DNA of 64,000 nt from Candidatus Krumholzibacteriia bacterium (GTDB lineage Bacteria; Krumholzibacteriota; Krumholzibacteriia; Krumholzibacteriales; Krumholzibacteriaceae). Both the position numbers and the translations under genes were made by a program. Shown piece by piece: positions 12,894 through 24,205 of the stretch. The notes beneath the pieces are model-generated. The model saw nothing but the letters and a program-made list of their open reading frames with translations, did no database searches and was not told the origin of the DNA. The stretch is from assembly GCA_963836185.1 (NCBI GenBank), contig CAWIIQ010000001.1, positions 1,824,001-1,888,000 of the forward strand, in the 5' to 3' direction. Positions within the stretch are counted from its first letter, which is position 1; each line of letters opens with the position of its first letter.

Positions 12894-15042
12894 GGCTGAT
12901 GAGGACTTCCCGGGCCTTACTGCCCTCGAAGGGGCCGACTACACCCGACTGTTCGAGCATATCGATAAGCCGGGCCGCACGTGCGTACCCGACACGGAGA
13001 CGGCGCTGGATCAGCGATATTGAGCCCTGCTGATGGATTATCACGAGCTCCCGGGCTTTCTCGAAAAGCTCGTCGTCCACATCGGCCTCGTCCGTGCCTC
13101 CCGCCGCGGATTCCTCGGAAAGATCGATCTCAGCGCCCGGCCTGCCGAAATCCTTCCAGTAATCAGCGACGTTCTCCGCCTCACGCTCTGAGATATAAGC
13201 GCCCTGGATACGGACGGGCGTCGGGAGGTTCTTGGGCAGGTAGAGCATATCGCCGTTGCCGAGAAGTGTCTCGGCGCCGTTCACATCGAGGATGGTGCGC
13301 GAATCGGTCTTGGAAGTCACCTGGAACGCTATTCTCGTGGGGAAATTCGCTTTTATCAGCCCAGTCACGACATCTACCGACGGTCTCTGCGTGGCGAACA
13401 CGAGATGGATCCCGATCGCCCTGGCCATCTGGGACAGCCTCGTTATAGGCGGATATATCTCGTTCCCGAGGGAGACCATCAGGTCGGCCAGCTCGTCGAT
13501 CACCGTCACGTAGTATGGTAGTCTCGTAAGGATCTCGTCCGTAGACGGATCGCGGAGTTCCTCCGACTCGACCTTCCGGTTGAAGCTTTTTATATTCTTC
13601 ACACCGAACTGGGCGAGGAGCTTGTACCTGCGGTCCATCTCTATCGTGAGCCAGTTGAGGACCTTCAACGTCGGCCTGGCCTCCGTTATCACCGGATGGA
13701 GAAGGTGCGGGATATCGTTGTACGTTATCAGCTCCAGCCTCTTCGGATCTACGAGGATGAACCTGCAGGTAGCAGGCGTATGCGTGAACAGCAGCGAGCA
13801 GATGATCGAGTTTATACAGACGCTCTTGCCGCTCCCCGTCGCGCCGGCGATAAGCAGGTGGGGCATGTCGGCCAGGTCGGCGAAGTACGGCTCACCCATG
13901 ACAGTCTTACCCAGTACGACGTTCAGCCCTTCTCCCTTGTCCGGGAAGTGCTCCATCATCTCCTTGAGAAGGACAAGCTTGGGTTCCGGATTCGGGACCT
14001 CGATCCCGACCGCGCTTTTCCCCGGTATCGGCGCCTGGATCCTCAGCGATCTCGCGGCCAGGGCCAGCGAGAGGTCATCCGCCCTGTTGGCGATCTGGCT
14101 CACCCTGACTCCTGCCGCCGGCACGAACTCGAATGTCGTCACTACCGGCCCCGGCAGGACCTTCTGGACCTTTCCCTTAAGCCCGTAGTCGAGAAGCTTC
14201 GATTCGATCATCTCCGACCGGGCGATCAGGTCATCCCTGCTGAACGTCACCGCCGATTCATCGTAATCGTCGAGAAGTGAAAGGTCGGGCAGAGGCGCGT
14301 TGTCGGCCGGTGTTGCCGCTGCTCCTGCGTGCTTTGCCTGCGTCTCGGCTGCTTCAGTCTTTTTCTTCGGTTTCGGCGCCGGAGCACGTCGCTCCGGGAT
14401 GTCGATCTGCACCGGCTCATCCTCGTCGTACGCTTCCTCTCTCTCGGGTATTTCGCCAGCGGCGGCCTTTTTCTTCTTCCTGATCCTGGCACGCGGTTTT
14501 GCCTTTTTTTCACTTCGGCGAAGTGACGGGAAAGAAGGCCTCGGGACCCTGATCCCTCCAGAATTTTCGATCGCGTCCCGTATCCGTCCGAAGAATATCG
14601 TGACGAGCGTGACGAGAAGCGCCGCGGAGAGGACCAATATCGAACCGGTCCTGCCGATCAGCATCTCTAGCAGGTCATAGATCCCGGTTCCCACTCTGCC
14701 CGCCGCCTCAGGAGCGTCGAAATACGCAGCCAGCGCTGTAAGGATCAGTGTCAGCAGCCCGGCAAGGACGATGGGTCGTTTTCTCTCGGACACAAGACGC
14801 CCCGAGATCGTTATCGCGCCGGCATAGAGAAGGACAAGCGGCACGATCCACGAGAAATGCGAGCCGAACACCCACCTGAGAACGTCAGCTGTCACAGCGC
14901 CTACAGGACCGCAATTGTTCTCCACATCCCACCTTGATGTCGAGATCGTATCATTCCTGTCATACGACTGCAGGGCCGCCCCCACAAAGATCGCAGTGAC
15001 TATCAGGATCAGGCCGACAGCTATTTTCTTCTTTCCCGGCAC
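12868..15042 (-). CDS. ftsK: DNA translocase FtsK
   Basis: N-terminal TM helices, HLLIAGATGSGKS, ATQRPSVDV and gamma domain IQRRLRVGYARAARLID. Confidence 0.96.
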   Translation of the reverse strand: MPGKKKIAVGLILIVTAIFVGAALQSYDRNDTISTSRWDVENNCGPVGAVTADVLRWVFGSHFSWIVPLVLLYAGAITISGRLVSERKRPIVLAGLLTLILTALAAYFDAPEAAGRVGTGIYDLLEMLIGRTGSILVLSAALLVTLVTIFFGRIRDAIENSGGIRVPRPSFPSLRRSEKKAKPRARIRKKKKAAAGEIPEREEAYDEDEPVQIDIPERRAPAPKPKKKTEAAETQAKHAGAAATPADNAPLPDLSLLDDYDESAVTFSRDDLIARSEMIESKLLDYGLKGKVQKVLPGPVVTTFEFVPAAGVRVSQIANRADDLSLALAARSLRIQAPIPGKSAVGIEVPNPEPKLVLLKEMMEHFPDKGEGLNVVLGKTVMGEPYFADLADMPHLLIAGATGSGKSVCINSIICSLLFTHTPATCRFILVDPKRLELITYNDIPHLLHPVITEARPTLKVLNWLTIEMDRRYKLLAQFGVKNIKSFNRKVESEELRDPSTDEILTRLPYYVTVIDELADLMVSLGNEIYPPITRLSQMARAIGIHLVFATQRPSVDVVTGLIKANFPTRIAFQVTSKTDSRTILDVNGAETLLGNGDMLYLPKNLPTPVRIQGAYISEREAENVADYWKDFGRPGAEIDLSEESAAGGTDEADVDDELFEKARELVIIHQQGSISLIQRRLRVGYARAARLIDMLEQSGVVGPFEGSKAREVLISREEYEESR

Positions 15043-15107
15043 AATGGCTCCATCTATGTAAAATACAGAACTACCTTAAGCTGGCCCCGGTCACATAAAC
15101 CGATTTC

Positions 15108-16187
15108 TCAAGCTCCGGCTCTTTCTATCCTTTTCTTATCAATGATTTCACTGAAGGTAAAGCAGTTTTTGACGGGATCGCCGCTCAGAACAGCTGAGAT
15201 CACCGCCAGACCGTCCGAACCGGCATCAAGGACGCTCCCGGCATTCTCCGCCCTGATCCCTCCTATCGCGACTACCGGAAGGGATGTCGAGCGCTTCGCC
15301 GAAGAGACCATCTCGAGCCCTGTTATCACGGCATCATCTTTAGTGGAGGTCGGGAAAACGGCACCGACGGCGATATAATCGAGTAGCTCGAGCGGAGCCG
15401 CTGCGATCTCGCCGGGAGTCCGAACGCTCAGCCCGATGATACGTCCGGGCCCGAGAATATCCCTCGCCGTTGCCGGATCTGCGTCTGATGAACCGAGATG
15501 GACACCTCCAGCGCCTGTTTCCGCGGCAAGTCCGGGATGATCGTTGACTATAAGGGGGATCCCCGCCATCTCCGTTACCGGGATCACCGACGCCAGGTCG
15601 CGCCGCATCTCCCCTATGGAAATAGCCTTCGCCCGGTACTGGATCATGCCGCTTCCTCCCTCGACAAGTGCGGCAGCCGTAGCGGCCACCTCCCCTTGCG
15701 CCACGAACGACCTGTCTATGAAGGTATAGAGAAAAGGAAGGTCGGGAAAAGGAATCTCAGCGGGGCCGCCCGCCAGGAAGGCCTTTTCCATCTCGTACAC
15801 CCTGAAACGCAAGTTCTTCGCTCTCCTCGACCCTTCTGGAAATTCCAGCTTGGCGAATTCCTCTATTACCCTCAGGCCCTCCTCCACCCTGAAGAAATTT
15901 GCCCGGGCCGCTGCGGCCAGCGACTCTCTTCTCTCCTCGGAAGGTGTCGAGAACCTGCCTCCGACATCACCCGCGCTGTCCCGGAACTTCGTGGTATCAG
16001 CAGCGAAGAGGCCGGAAAGCCCTCTTACCTCGTGCCGCAGGTCCTTGACGGCCCGGGTCAGCTGCTCGTCTCCCACGGCGAATCTGGCGATCTCCTCTAT
16101 GACCCTGATCCCTTCGGCACACCGGTTGATATTGGCGTCTATTATCCTGAGTACGATCGCGTCGCTTTCGGGGAGATCATCGAGCAT
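15108..16187 (-). CDS. thiE: Thiamine-phosphate synthase with N-terminal ThiD2-like domain
   Basis: N-terminal RIIDANINRCAEGIRVIEE. C-terminal QYRAK, IVND, GVHLG, FPTSTK and VAIGGI. Confidence 0.88.
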   Translation of the reverse strand: MLDDLPESDAIVLRIIDANINRCAEGIRVIEEIARFAVGDEQLTRAVKDLRHEVRGLSGLFAADTTKFRDSAGDVGGRFSTPSEERRESLAAAARANFFRVEEGLRVIEEFAKLEFPEGSRRAKNLRFRVYEMEKAFLAGGPAEIPFPDLPFLYTFIDRSFVAQGEVAATAAALVEGGSGMIQYRAKAISIGEMRRDLASVIPVTEMAGIPLIVNDHPGLAAETGAGGVHLGSSDADPATARDILGPGRIIGLSVRTPGEIAAAPLELLDYIAVGAVFPTSTKDDAVITGLEMVSSAKRSTSLPVVAIGGIRAENAGSVLDAGSDGLAVISAVLSGDPVKNCFTFSEIIDKKRIERAGA

Positions 16188-16216
16188 TTCAGTTCTTTCT
16201 GGAAAGATCCCCGGTA

Positions 16217-16948
16217 TCAGGGTTCGATAAGGCCCTGTACCAGTTCCGGGACCTTCCGGATGCTGCCCCTTCTGGAGCAGTATGAGATGTCATTTTCATA
16301 TCCGAGCTTGATGAGCTGCCTGCCCCTGTCGGTTGAGAGCAGATAATCCTCGATCCTTTCCCCGTACCTGTCGGCGAGCAATGCGGCGACCGACGCAGAA
16401 TCATCGAGAGAAGTAGCGGCTACTGGCGGTGAGAGAGCGCCGATAAGAAGCCCTGCGCACAGCAGGTCCTCGCCGGCTATCCTGCCATGGTTCCCGCTGC
16501 ATATGATGACCAGGTCATCCACACCCGACACCTCTTCCGCGACGGCATCGACATTGAGTATCGAACAGATGATCAGCCTGCCCGCCTTCGCCGCGGCGGC
16601 CGCGATCGCGGGCGTACCGTTCGAAGTGGCAAGTATGATCGTCCTGCCGCCGATCGTATTCCTGTCGAGCTCGGACGGTGAATTGAACAGGTCGAATCCT
16701 TCTATCGGCAGCCCCTTCTGCTCGCCCGCAAGGAGTTTGTCCCCCCTGTCCGAGAGGCTCACAAGCCTTGTAGCGGTCTCGATGCTCTCCACCGGCAGAA
16801 CCCTCGCAGCGCCGTTTTCGAGAGCGGCCAGGATCGTACTGGTCGCCCTCAGGACATCGATCACTACGACAACGGCCCCATGATAGCTTTCACCGGAGGC
16901 CTCACCGGCAGTGGCGAAGAAACGGATCCCGCCACGGTTCGAGATCAT
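16217..16948 (-). CDS. comB: 2-phosphosulfolactate phosphatase family protein
   Basis: VIDVLRATSTI, FDLFNSPSE, TSNGT and EDLLCAG motifs. Confidence 0.88.
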   Translation of the reverse strand: MISNRGGIRFFATAGEASGESYHGAVVVVIDVLRATSTILAALENGAARVLPVESIETATRLVSLSDRGDKLLAGEQKGLPIEGFDLFNSPSELDRNTIGGRTIILATSNGTPAIAAAAAKAGRLIICSILNVDAVAEEVSGVDDLVIICSGNHGRIAGEDLLCAGLLIGALSPPVAATSLDDSASVAALLADRYGERIEDYLLSTDRGRQLIKLGYENDISYCSRRGSIRKVPELVQGLIEP

Positions 16949-18285
16949 CTTCCGCTCCTGTCGATAAAAGAAGTATCGAACTCTCCACTTATGAACTTTT
17001 CATGACGGAGTATCCACAGGTGAAACGCGATAGTCGTCGGCACTCCCTCGATCACGCATTCCTCGAGCGACCTGATCATACGGGTCCGGGCCTCTTCCCT
17101 CGTCTCGCCCCATGTGATTATCTTTGCCAGCAGCGAATCGTAGTAGGGCGGCACGGTATACCCGGCATAGAGATGCGAGTCGACCCTTACTCCCGGCCCC
17201 CCTGGAGGATGATAGAAAGAAACGAGGCCCGGGGAAGGCTTGAATTCCTTTTCGGGATCCTCAGCGTTGATCCTGCACTCGATCGCGTGGCCTCTTATAT
17301 CGGGATTCCCGTCGAGCAACGGGCTTTCCCCGGTCGAGGCGAGCCTGATCTGCTCCTTGATCAGGTCGACTCCCGTGACCATCTCCGTCACCGGATGCTC
17401 CACCTGAACCCTCGTATTCATCTCGAGAAAATATACGTTCCCTACTTTATCGACGAGGAACTCGACCGTTCCCAGGGATCCGTATTTCACATATTGCGCG
17501 CCCCTGACAGCGTAATCGAGTATCTTCTCCCTCATCTCTGCGGGTATTCCCGGGGCGGGTGATTCCTCTATGAGTTTCTGATGCCTCCTCTGGATGCTGC
17601 ACTCACGTTCCCTGAGATGAACGGCTCTTCCGTTCCCGTCACCGAAGACCTGTACCTCGATGTGCCTCGGGTTCTCGAGGTATTTCTCGAGGTAGAGTCC
17701 GCCATCCCCGAACGATGCCTCAGCCTCGGCACCTGCAGCGTGGAAGAGCGAGGAGAGTTCATCAATTCCTCGCACGATCCTGATCCCTCTGCCTCCTCCT
17801 CCGGCAACGGCTTTTATCATGACGGGATACCCGATCTGGCCGGCCAGCTTCAGCGCCACCTCCTCACCTTCGACGATCCCTTCGCTCCCTGGAATTATGG
17901 GAAGCCCCGCCTCCTTCATCAGCCTCCTGGCCTCCGACTTGTGCCCCATCTTCTCCATCAGCGAAGGCGCGGGCCCGATCCAGTCGAGATTGCAGGACAG
18001 GCATACTTCGGCGAAGTATGGGCTCTCGGCGAGGAATCCGTATCCGGGGTGAACAGCGTCAGCGCCGGTGATCTCGGCCGCTGCTATCAGCCTGGGGACA
18101 TTGAGATAGCTTTCGATGGGCTGGGCCTTACCGATACACACGTCCTCATCGGCAAATTTGACATGGAGAGACTCAGTGTCCGCCTCCGAATGGACGGCGA
18201 CCGTCCTGATGCCCAGCTCTCTGCACGCACGTATGATTCGCAGGGCGATCTCGCCCCTCGCGGCTATCAGGATTTTATTGTACAT
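16945..18285 (-). CDS. accC: Acetyl-CoA carboxylase biotin carboxylase
   Basis: [38 protein letters not shown] and YYDSLLAK. Confidence 0.96.
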   Translation of the reverse strand: MYNKILIAARGEIALRIIRACRELGIRTVAVHSEADTESLHVKFADEDVCIGKAQPIESYLNVPRLIAAAEITGADAVHPGYGFLAESPYFAEVCLSCNLDWIGPAPSLMEKMGHKSEARRLMKEAGLPIIPGSEGIVEGEEVALKLAGQIGYPVMIKAVAGGGGRGIRIVRGIDELSSLFHAAGAEAEASFGDGGLYLEKYLENPRHIEVQVFGDGNGRAVHLRERECSIQRRHQKLIEESPAPGIPAEMREKILDYAVRGAQYVKYGSLGTVEFLVDKVGNVYFLEMNTRVQVEHPVTEMVTGVDLIKEQIRLASTGESPLLDGNPDIRGHAIECRINAEDPEKEFKPSPGLVSFYHPPGGPGVRVDSHLYAGYTVPPYYDSLLAKIITWGETREEARTRMIRSLEECVIEGVPTTIAFHLWILRHEKFISGEFDTSFIDRSGR

Positions 18286-18294
18286 CGACCCGTT

Positions 18295-19443
18295 CTAGAG
18301 TTCGCCAGTGGTTGAGCCACCGGTCGTCTCGGCACCCTCGAAGGTATCCCATGTCTTGTCACTCGTGGCATGGATACCCTTGAGACGCAAAGCAAACTCG
18401 TGCGGGTTGGAGCTGTTCTTCAGGGCCTCTTCCATGCTGATACTTCCATTGCTGAGAAGCTGCATCAGCGACTGGTCGAAACTCTGCATCCCGTGGGACG
18501 TCACTCCCTCCCTGATCGCCTGCTTGATCAAGGGCGCCTTGTCTGGGTCAATAATATACTCGCGGATCGTAGAAGTTACAATCATAACTTCCACCGCGGG
18601 CACCCGGCCCTTGCCTTCCTTGACCGGAATGAGGCGCTGCGAGATGACCGCCTGCAGCGTCGAGGAGAGAAGATATCTGATCTCCTGGTGCTGGTGAGGC
18701 GGAAAGAACGAGATAACGCGGTTGATCGTCTGGGTAGCATCGATCGTATGGAGTGTGGAGAGGACGAGGTGGCCCGTATCGGCTGCCATAAGGGCGATCT
18801 CCATCGTCAGGGCGTCACGGATCTCTCCAACGAGGATCACGTCCGGGTCCTGCCTCAGGATGTGCCGCAGCGCTTCGTGGAAGGAAGATGTATCACTCCC
18901 TATCTCGCGCTGGTTGATGATGCTCTTTCTGTCCTGGTGAAGAAACTCGATCGGGTCCTCTATCGTGATGACATTCTTGTTAGCATTCTCGTTTATCTCC
19001 CTGACCATCGCGGCGAGAGTCGTCGACTTTCCGCTTCCGACCGTTCCGGTAACGAACATCAGCCCTCTCGGTTTCTTTGCCAGGTCCTTCAGTATCTCGG
19101 GAAGATCGAGCTCGTCGACCGACTTGATCTCCACGGGGACATGCCTGAAGACCATCGCTATAGATCCGCGCTGAACGTAGAAATTGGCCCTGAACCTGGC
19201 AAGGCCGGATACGCCGAAAGCGAAATCGACTTCACGGGTATTCTTGAAACGGTCCTTCTGGGGAGGAGTGAGGATCTGATCGGCGACCTCTTCCATGTCC
19301 TTCGGAGAGGGCCTGTCAAAATCCAGATGGATCAGTTTTCCGTCGACCCTGGTAACCGGCGGAAGACCGGCCTTCAAATGGAGATCGGAGCCGCCTTTTG
19401 CGATCATTGCCTCGAGGATGCTCTTGATGTTCATCCCGTACAC
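18295..19443 (-). CDS. Type IV pilus retraction ATPase (PilT/PilU family)
   Basis: [47 protein letters not shown] and GMQSFDQ. The PilT AIRNLIRE motif reads TIREYIID. Confidence 0.9.
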   Translation of the reverse strand: MYGMNIKSILEAMIAKGGSDLHLKAGLPPVTRVDGKLIHLDFDRPSPKDMEEVADQILTPPQKDRFKNTREVDFAFGVSGLARFRANFYVQRGSIAMVFRHVPVEIKSVDELDLPEILKDLAKKPRGLMFVTGTVGSGKSTTLAAMVREINENANKNVITIEDPIEFLHQDRKSIINQREIGSDTSSFHEALRHILRQDPDVILVGEIRDALTMEIALMAADTGHLVLSTLHTIDATQTINRVISFFPPHQHQEIRYLLSSTLQAVISQRLIPVKEGKGRVPAVEVMIVTSTIREYIIDPDKAPLIKQAIREGVTSHGMQSFDQSLMQLLSNGSISMEEALKNSSNPHEFALRLKGIHATSDKTWDTFEGAETTGGSTTGEL

Positions 19444-19522
19444 CTTCCCGTGAGCGGCAGCCGAAAAGACGAAATCCCGCCTTATACGGCTAACGCGTTA
19501 TTCATAAACTAGTTATGTATTG

Positions 19523-19548
19523 AAACCGGAATCCGTATCGATTCCGGT
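19523..19548 (-). terminator. Possible intrinsic terminator after accB
   Basis: Stem ACCGGAATC/GATTCCGGT followed by only a short T run on the minus strand. Confidence 0.4.
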
Positions 19549-19572
19549 CTGCCGGAAGGTTTTTTGCAAGGA

Positions 19573-20048
<476 letters not shown>

Positions 20049-20049
<1 letters not shown>

Positions 20050-20606
20050 TATACCCGCTCAATATATTTACCGGTCCTCGTATCTACTTTCAGGACGTCC
20101 CCCTGCTCGATGAACAGCGGCACGGTCACGATCGCTCCCGTCTCTACTTTCGCCGGCTTGGATCCGCCCTGCGCCGTATCGCCCCTCAGGCCGGGCTCCG
20201 TCTCTGTCACTTCAAGTTCTACGAATGTCGGAAGCTCCACCGCGATAGGAGTCTCACCGTCGAGCAGGACAGAGAGCTCCATGCTCTCCTTCAGATAAGG
20301 GAGCAGATCCGCGAGCAATCCCTCTGCAAGCGGGAACTGCTCGTAAGTCTCTGTATCCATCACATAATAGAAATCATCACTCTTGTAGAGATACTGATAC
20401 GTATGCCGTTCCACGCGGACAGTCGATATCTTCTCCCCGGCCCTGAAGGTCTTGTCGATGACCGCTCCTCCAGGCAACTTCTTCAGTTTCGTCCTTACGA
20501 ACGCTCCGCCCTTACCCGGCTTGACGTGCTGGAACTCGACGATGGTGTAGAGCTGCTCGTCCATCCTGAGGATAAGTCCATTCCTGAAATCACTCGTATC
20601 TGCCAA
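20049..20606 (-). CDS. efp: Elongation factor P
   Basis: HVKPGKGGAFVR, PGLRGDTA and DTRTGKYIER. Confidence 0.97.
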
Positions 20607-20620
20607 GATTTTCCTTCCCT

Positions 20621-21619
20621 TTACTGCTTGTCGTTCCCGGGATCGTCATGCATTCCCTGGAGCCATCGCCTGAAGTTGTCCATCCCTTCCCGGGCCGCTC
20701 CCTCGTGAGGCTCATCCTCAGGAGCTTCATTTTCCAGCAGGTCCCCTCTATCCGCCTCTTCGAGCTCGCGCGCCACTGCTTCAAGCTCGTCCTCATCACC
20801 GAGGACCGAACCCTCGATCACAAGCTCATCTTCCTCCGGCACATCAGCCGCCTCTTCCGCCTCATCCTCGTCCTCGTCTTCATCCCCGGCAGAACCGATG
20901 CCCGGTCCGGCCGTATTCTCTATCATGTCGTCGCTGATATCGTCGATCGAGATCGACATCACTTCCTCGTCGAAGGTCTCTTCCACTTCCCTGTCCGAGG
21001 AGTCGATCATCTCCTTGATCTTACCTATCATCTCCGCCGCTTCCCTGTTGTCCGGTTCGGCGTCGATGATCTCATTGTATATCTTGAGGGCCTTGTTGTA
21101 ATAACCCTGAGCCGCGTATATGCCGGCGAGGGTCATAGTGGCCAGATCGGCAGGCTGCTCCGTCTTCCTGACGGTCCCGGCATCGTCGAGGTCTATTTCC
21201 TTCTCATGAAATTCGTCCTCCAGCCCCTTTAGTCTTACGGATACTTCCTCGTTAGTCGGATCTATCGCGAGGATTCTCCTGTAGCAGGATATCGAGGCAT
21301 CCCTGTCGCCTTCAGCCATCAGGATATCTCCCATGAACTTCAGGGCGACCATGTTCTCCGGATCGATCTCTATCACACGCTCGAATTCGGCGCGTGAACG
21401 TTCGGTCGCGCCCTTGTCATAGAAACATTTTCCCAGGATGACATGCGCGCTGGCATAGTCGGGATACCCTTCGAGCCCTTTCTCACAGAGTTCGATCGCT
21501 TTGTCGATCTCTCCGCTCTTGCGATAGGCATCGGCCAGCGGCGCGAAGATCCTCGACTCAGGAGACCTGTCGTACCTCTCCTGCAACTGTCTTGTCTCGG
21601 CGCTCAAATCGTCGTTCAT
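20621..21619 (-). CDS. TPR protein with acidic C-terminal region
   Basis: N-terminal TPRs (FAPLADAYRK...), TLAGIYAAQGYY motif and an Asp/Glu-rich tail. Confidence 0.75.
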   Translation of the reverse strand: MNDDLSAETRQLQERYDRSPESRIFAPLADAYRKSGEIDKAIELCEKGLEGYPDYASAHVILGKCFYDKGATERSRAEFERVIEIDPENMVALKFMGDILMAEGDRDASISCYRRILAIDPTNEEVSVRLKGLEDEFHEKEIDLDDAGTVRKTEQPADLATMTLAGIYAAQGYYNKALKIYNEIIDAEPDNREAAEMIGKIKEMIDSSDREVEETFDEEVMSISIDDISDDMIENTAGPGIGSAGDEDEDEDEAEEAADVPEEDELVIEGSVLGDEDELEAVARELEEADRGDLLENEAPEDEPHEGAAREGMDNFRRWLQGMHDDPGNDKQ

Positions 21620-21653
21620 ATATGCCTTTCCCTCAGGTCTATATACGGCTTTC

Positions 21654-21683
21654 AGGCTATCAGAGGGCGCGTTCCCCTGTCAA
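21654..21683 (-). promoter_or_regulatory. Putative sigma70 promoter for the TPR-efp-accB genes
   Basis: TTGACA-N18-TAGCCT with an extended -10 TG. Confidence 0.5.
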
Positions 21684-21697
21684 GTGCAGTAAGTCGT

Positions 21698-22717
21698 TCA
21701 ATTCACCCTGAACGTCTCGGCAACCGCGACTGCCTCCCTGAGCAGGGTGTGCTTGTCGAAACCGGGCGCATAGACCAGGGCATCGATCATCCATATCTTT
21801 CCCCGGACCCTGTCGTGGACAAAGAAACAGATGAACGGCCCTCCATACAGGTCTACACTACTCTCCCAGTAGCCGTCCATCCTGACAGCGGTGTAGGGGC
21901 CGAACTCATCCATACTCCAGGAGACAAGCTCGGGGCGCATCACTTCCTTGTCATGGATACTGAAGACTACCTTCGCGCGCAGATCGTATAGCGCCGTGGA
22001 ATCTGCCACTGTCAGCGACTTGCTGTTCCATGATAACCAGGATATCGTCACACCCCTGTGCGGATAGTCCCTCAGGATCTCCACACCCGGAAGTTTGCCC
22101 CAGTCTCTGTTCAGCCTGTACTCGTCAGGCACCCTGATCGTAAATCCATACTGGGCCTTCAGGTCCGCCGCTGTCTCTACTTTCTCCCTGAGCAGGAGAT
22201 TCTCTCTCAGCCTTTTCCGGTTCGCTTTCTCGATGATGTCCCGGATCAACTGCCCGTTCTCTTCAGTGACCTTTCGAAGCCTGTCGGGAGACGAAGCAGT
22301 GACTATTACGGTAAGCTGCCCCTTGACCGGATAATCGATCCTCTGGAAGACGTGATTCTTCCCCTCGAGGACTTTCCTGACACTGTTTGTCCCGATGAAA
22401 TTCTCGATCAGCTGCCCCGTCCGGCCCTCCCGGACGACGCCGTATATCACCATGTTCTTGGTGGGAGGTTCCTTGTCGAAATCGTACGAGGAGACCATGC
22501 GGAGCCTGAACTGGATCTCCAGTTTCGAATAGTAGTCTACTGGATGCTGCAGGGTCCGGATGATCGGGTCGTTGATGCCCCCCGGCTCACCTGACTCGGT
22601 TACCAGGACAATATTGCTGTATGACCCGGGTGGAATAAAAATGCCTCTGTTTCCGCAGGACGGAACCAGCAGCATGATACTTCCCAGAAGGGCCGCAATC
22701 AAGGCTCCGAATCTCAT
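21698..22717 (-). CDS. DUF4837-like lipoprotein
   Basis: Lipobox VPSC, GYW...YGGPF...VYAPGFDK...AETF pattern, GGAGG upstream of ATG 22717. Confidence 0.65.
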   Translation of the reverse strand: MRFGALIAALLGSIMLLVPSCGNRGIFIPPGSYSNIVLVTESGEPGGINDPIIRTLQHPVDYYSKLEIQFRLRMVSSYDFDKEPPTKNMVIYGVVREGRTGQLIENFIGTNSVRKVLEGKNHVFQRIDYPVKGQLTVIVTASSPDRLRKVTEENGQLIRDIIEKANRKRLRENLLLREKVETAADLKAQYGFTIRVPDEYRLNRDWGKLPGVEILRDYPHRGVTISWLSWNSKSLTVADSTALYDLRAKVVFSIHDKEVMRPELVSWSMDEFGPYTAVRMDGYWESSVDLYGGPFICFFVHDRVRGKIWMIDALVYAPGFDKHTLLREAVAVAETFRVN

Positions 22718-22765
22718 ATCCACCTCCTGCGTAGAAACATACGGGCAACCGCCGAAACGGGCAAG

Positions 22766-22794
22766 AAAAAAGGCGCTCCCCGCCGGGAGCGCCT
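22766..22794 (-). terminator. Intrinsic terminator after the anti-sigma gene
   Basis: AGGCGCTCCC/GGGAGCGCCT stem followed by a T run on the minus strand. Confidence 0.8.
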
Positions 22795-22822
22795 GCCGGA
22801 GCTCTTATCAACGACTTTACCG

Positions 22823-23497
22823 CTACTTTTTTCTGCTGCGGTCGATCGCACGCTGCTTCATCAGGATCTTCTGCATATAGGCGTTCTGCAACCTCAGAGT
22901 CTCTACCTTCCGCCTGAGGAGTTCGTTCTCGCGGAGCAGATAATCCATCCTCGGGTCCGAGGCCATACTGAACGGGAGCTGCCTCGAATTTCCCTCGAGC
23001 TGAACGTCTCCGAGATAATCATCGGATACGTACTGGATCCCCGCGGGGTATCCTGTCTGCGTGAATCGCACCTCTCCCCGCTGCTGCTGCGCACTCGTCC
23101 TCACAGTCTCCTGTGCGAGCCTTTCCCCGGCTTCCAGGTCAACTGAATCCCTCCCGACCAGCATCCACGCGCCGGCAAGAGCGATGACAAGCGTAGCGGC
23201 AGCGGCGGCAACGAACTTCGATCCCCATATCAATCCGCCGACATCTGAAACGCCCCTGCTGCGCATCGCCTTCGATTTTTCCATCGCGATCCTGCGCTTG
23301 AGGTTCCACTCGAAGTTCTCGGAGACCTCGATCTCGCCCAGATCCCCGAGCATCTCGAGGCATCCGTCCATCTCTCCGCAGAATCCGGCGCATTCGGGAC
23401 ACTGGCTCAGGTGCTCCTGGAGACGCATCCTTTCGGACTCATCGAGAGTGCCGTCACGGTTTCGACAGAAGTAATCCTTTGCTGTTCTGCATTTCAT
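22823..23497 (-). CDS. Zinc-binding (zf-HC2) membrane anti-sigma factor
   Basis: HLSQCPEC (HxxxCxxC), one TM helix, immediately downstream of the ECF sigma. Confidence 0.85.
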   Translation of the reverse strand: MKCRTAKDYFCRNRDGTLDESERMRLQEHLSQCPECAGFCGEMDGCLEMLGDLGEIEVSENFEWNLKRRIAMEKSKAMRSRGVSDVGGLIWGSKFVAAAAATLVIALAGAWMLVGRDSVDLEAGERLAQETVRTSAQQQRGEVRFTQTGYPAGIQYVSDDYLGDVQLEGNSRQLPFSMASDPRMDYLLRENELLRRKVETLRLQNAYMQKILMKQRAIDRSRKK

Positions 23498-23498
23498 G

Positions 23499-24170
23499 TC
23501 AATTCCCCTTGAATCTCAAATCGTTACCCAGAAGGGGTGAAACCGCCTTCTTGAAGTGCATCCTTCCACGATTGATCCGCGACCTGACGGTCCCGAGCTT
23601 CAGTCCCGTCGTCGCCGCTATCTCCTCGTAACTCAGCCCGTTGATCTCTCTGAGCACGAATGACGGGCGGTACTTGGAAGGTATCTTCTCTATGGCCTGC
23701 TGGATCAGCTCCTGCAATCTTGTCTGGTCCATCGTCTCCTCCGGGTTGGGCGAGTCGTCCTTGAGATCGACCCACCTTCCGTCCTCCCCGCCACTGTCTT
23801 CAGTCCACATGCTGATCGTCTTCGGCCTTCTCTTAATATTCCTTATCCTGTTCCTGACGAGGTTTGTCGCTATAGTGTAGAGCCATGTCGAGAACCTCGC
23901 GATCGTCTTGTACTTGTCGGCGTGCATATACGCCCTGACAAAAGTCTCCTGTGCGAACTCCTCCGCCTCACTCTCGTTGCCGAGCAATCTGAACAGGTAC
24001 GAGTAAAGACGGTTCTTGTACCTTCCGACGAGGATGTCGAACGCCTGGTTCTGGCCCTCCTGGACCATCAGGATCAATTCCTCATCGGTTCTCTCGGAGA
24101 ACCCTTTACGATTCCCTCTAAGCGGCTCTTGCAGGTTCAAACCCTCGTCTCCCTTTTCCTTGTCCTTCAT
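23499..24170 (-). CDS. ECF RNA polymerase sigma factor (RpoE/SigW-like)
   Basis: AQETFVRAY, FSTWLYTIATN and LSYEEIA...GTVRSRINRGR. Confidence 0.93.
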   Translation of the reverse strand: MKDKEKGDEGLNLQEPLRGNRKGFSERTDEELILMVQEGQNQAFDILVGRYKNRLYSYLFRLLGNESEAEEFAQETFVRAYMHADKYKTIARFSTWLYTIATNLVRNRIRNIKRRPKTISMWTEDSGGEDGRWVDLKDDSPNPEETMDQTRLQELIQQAIEKIPSKYRPSFVLREINGLSYEEIAATTGLKLGTVRSRINRGRMHFKKAVSPLLGNDLRFKGN

Positions 24171-24205
24171 CGTCTATTACCCCGTTGAGCCGGACTTGTT
24201 CCAAT

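Noticed and set aside
16217-16948. Coenzyme M biosynthesis
   Set aside because: Only a comB homologue is present; the family is widespread and no comA/C/D/E genes are in the window.
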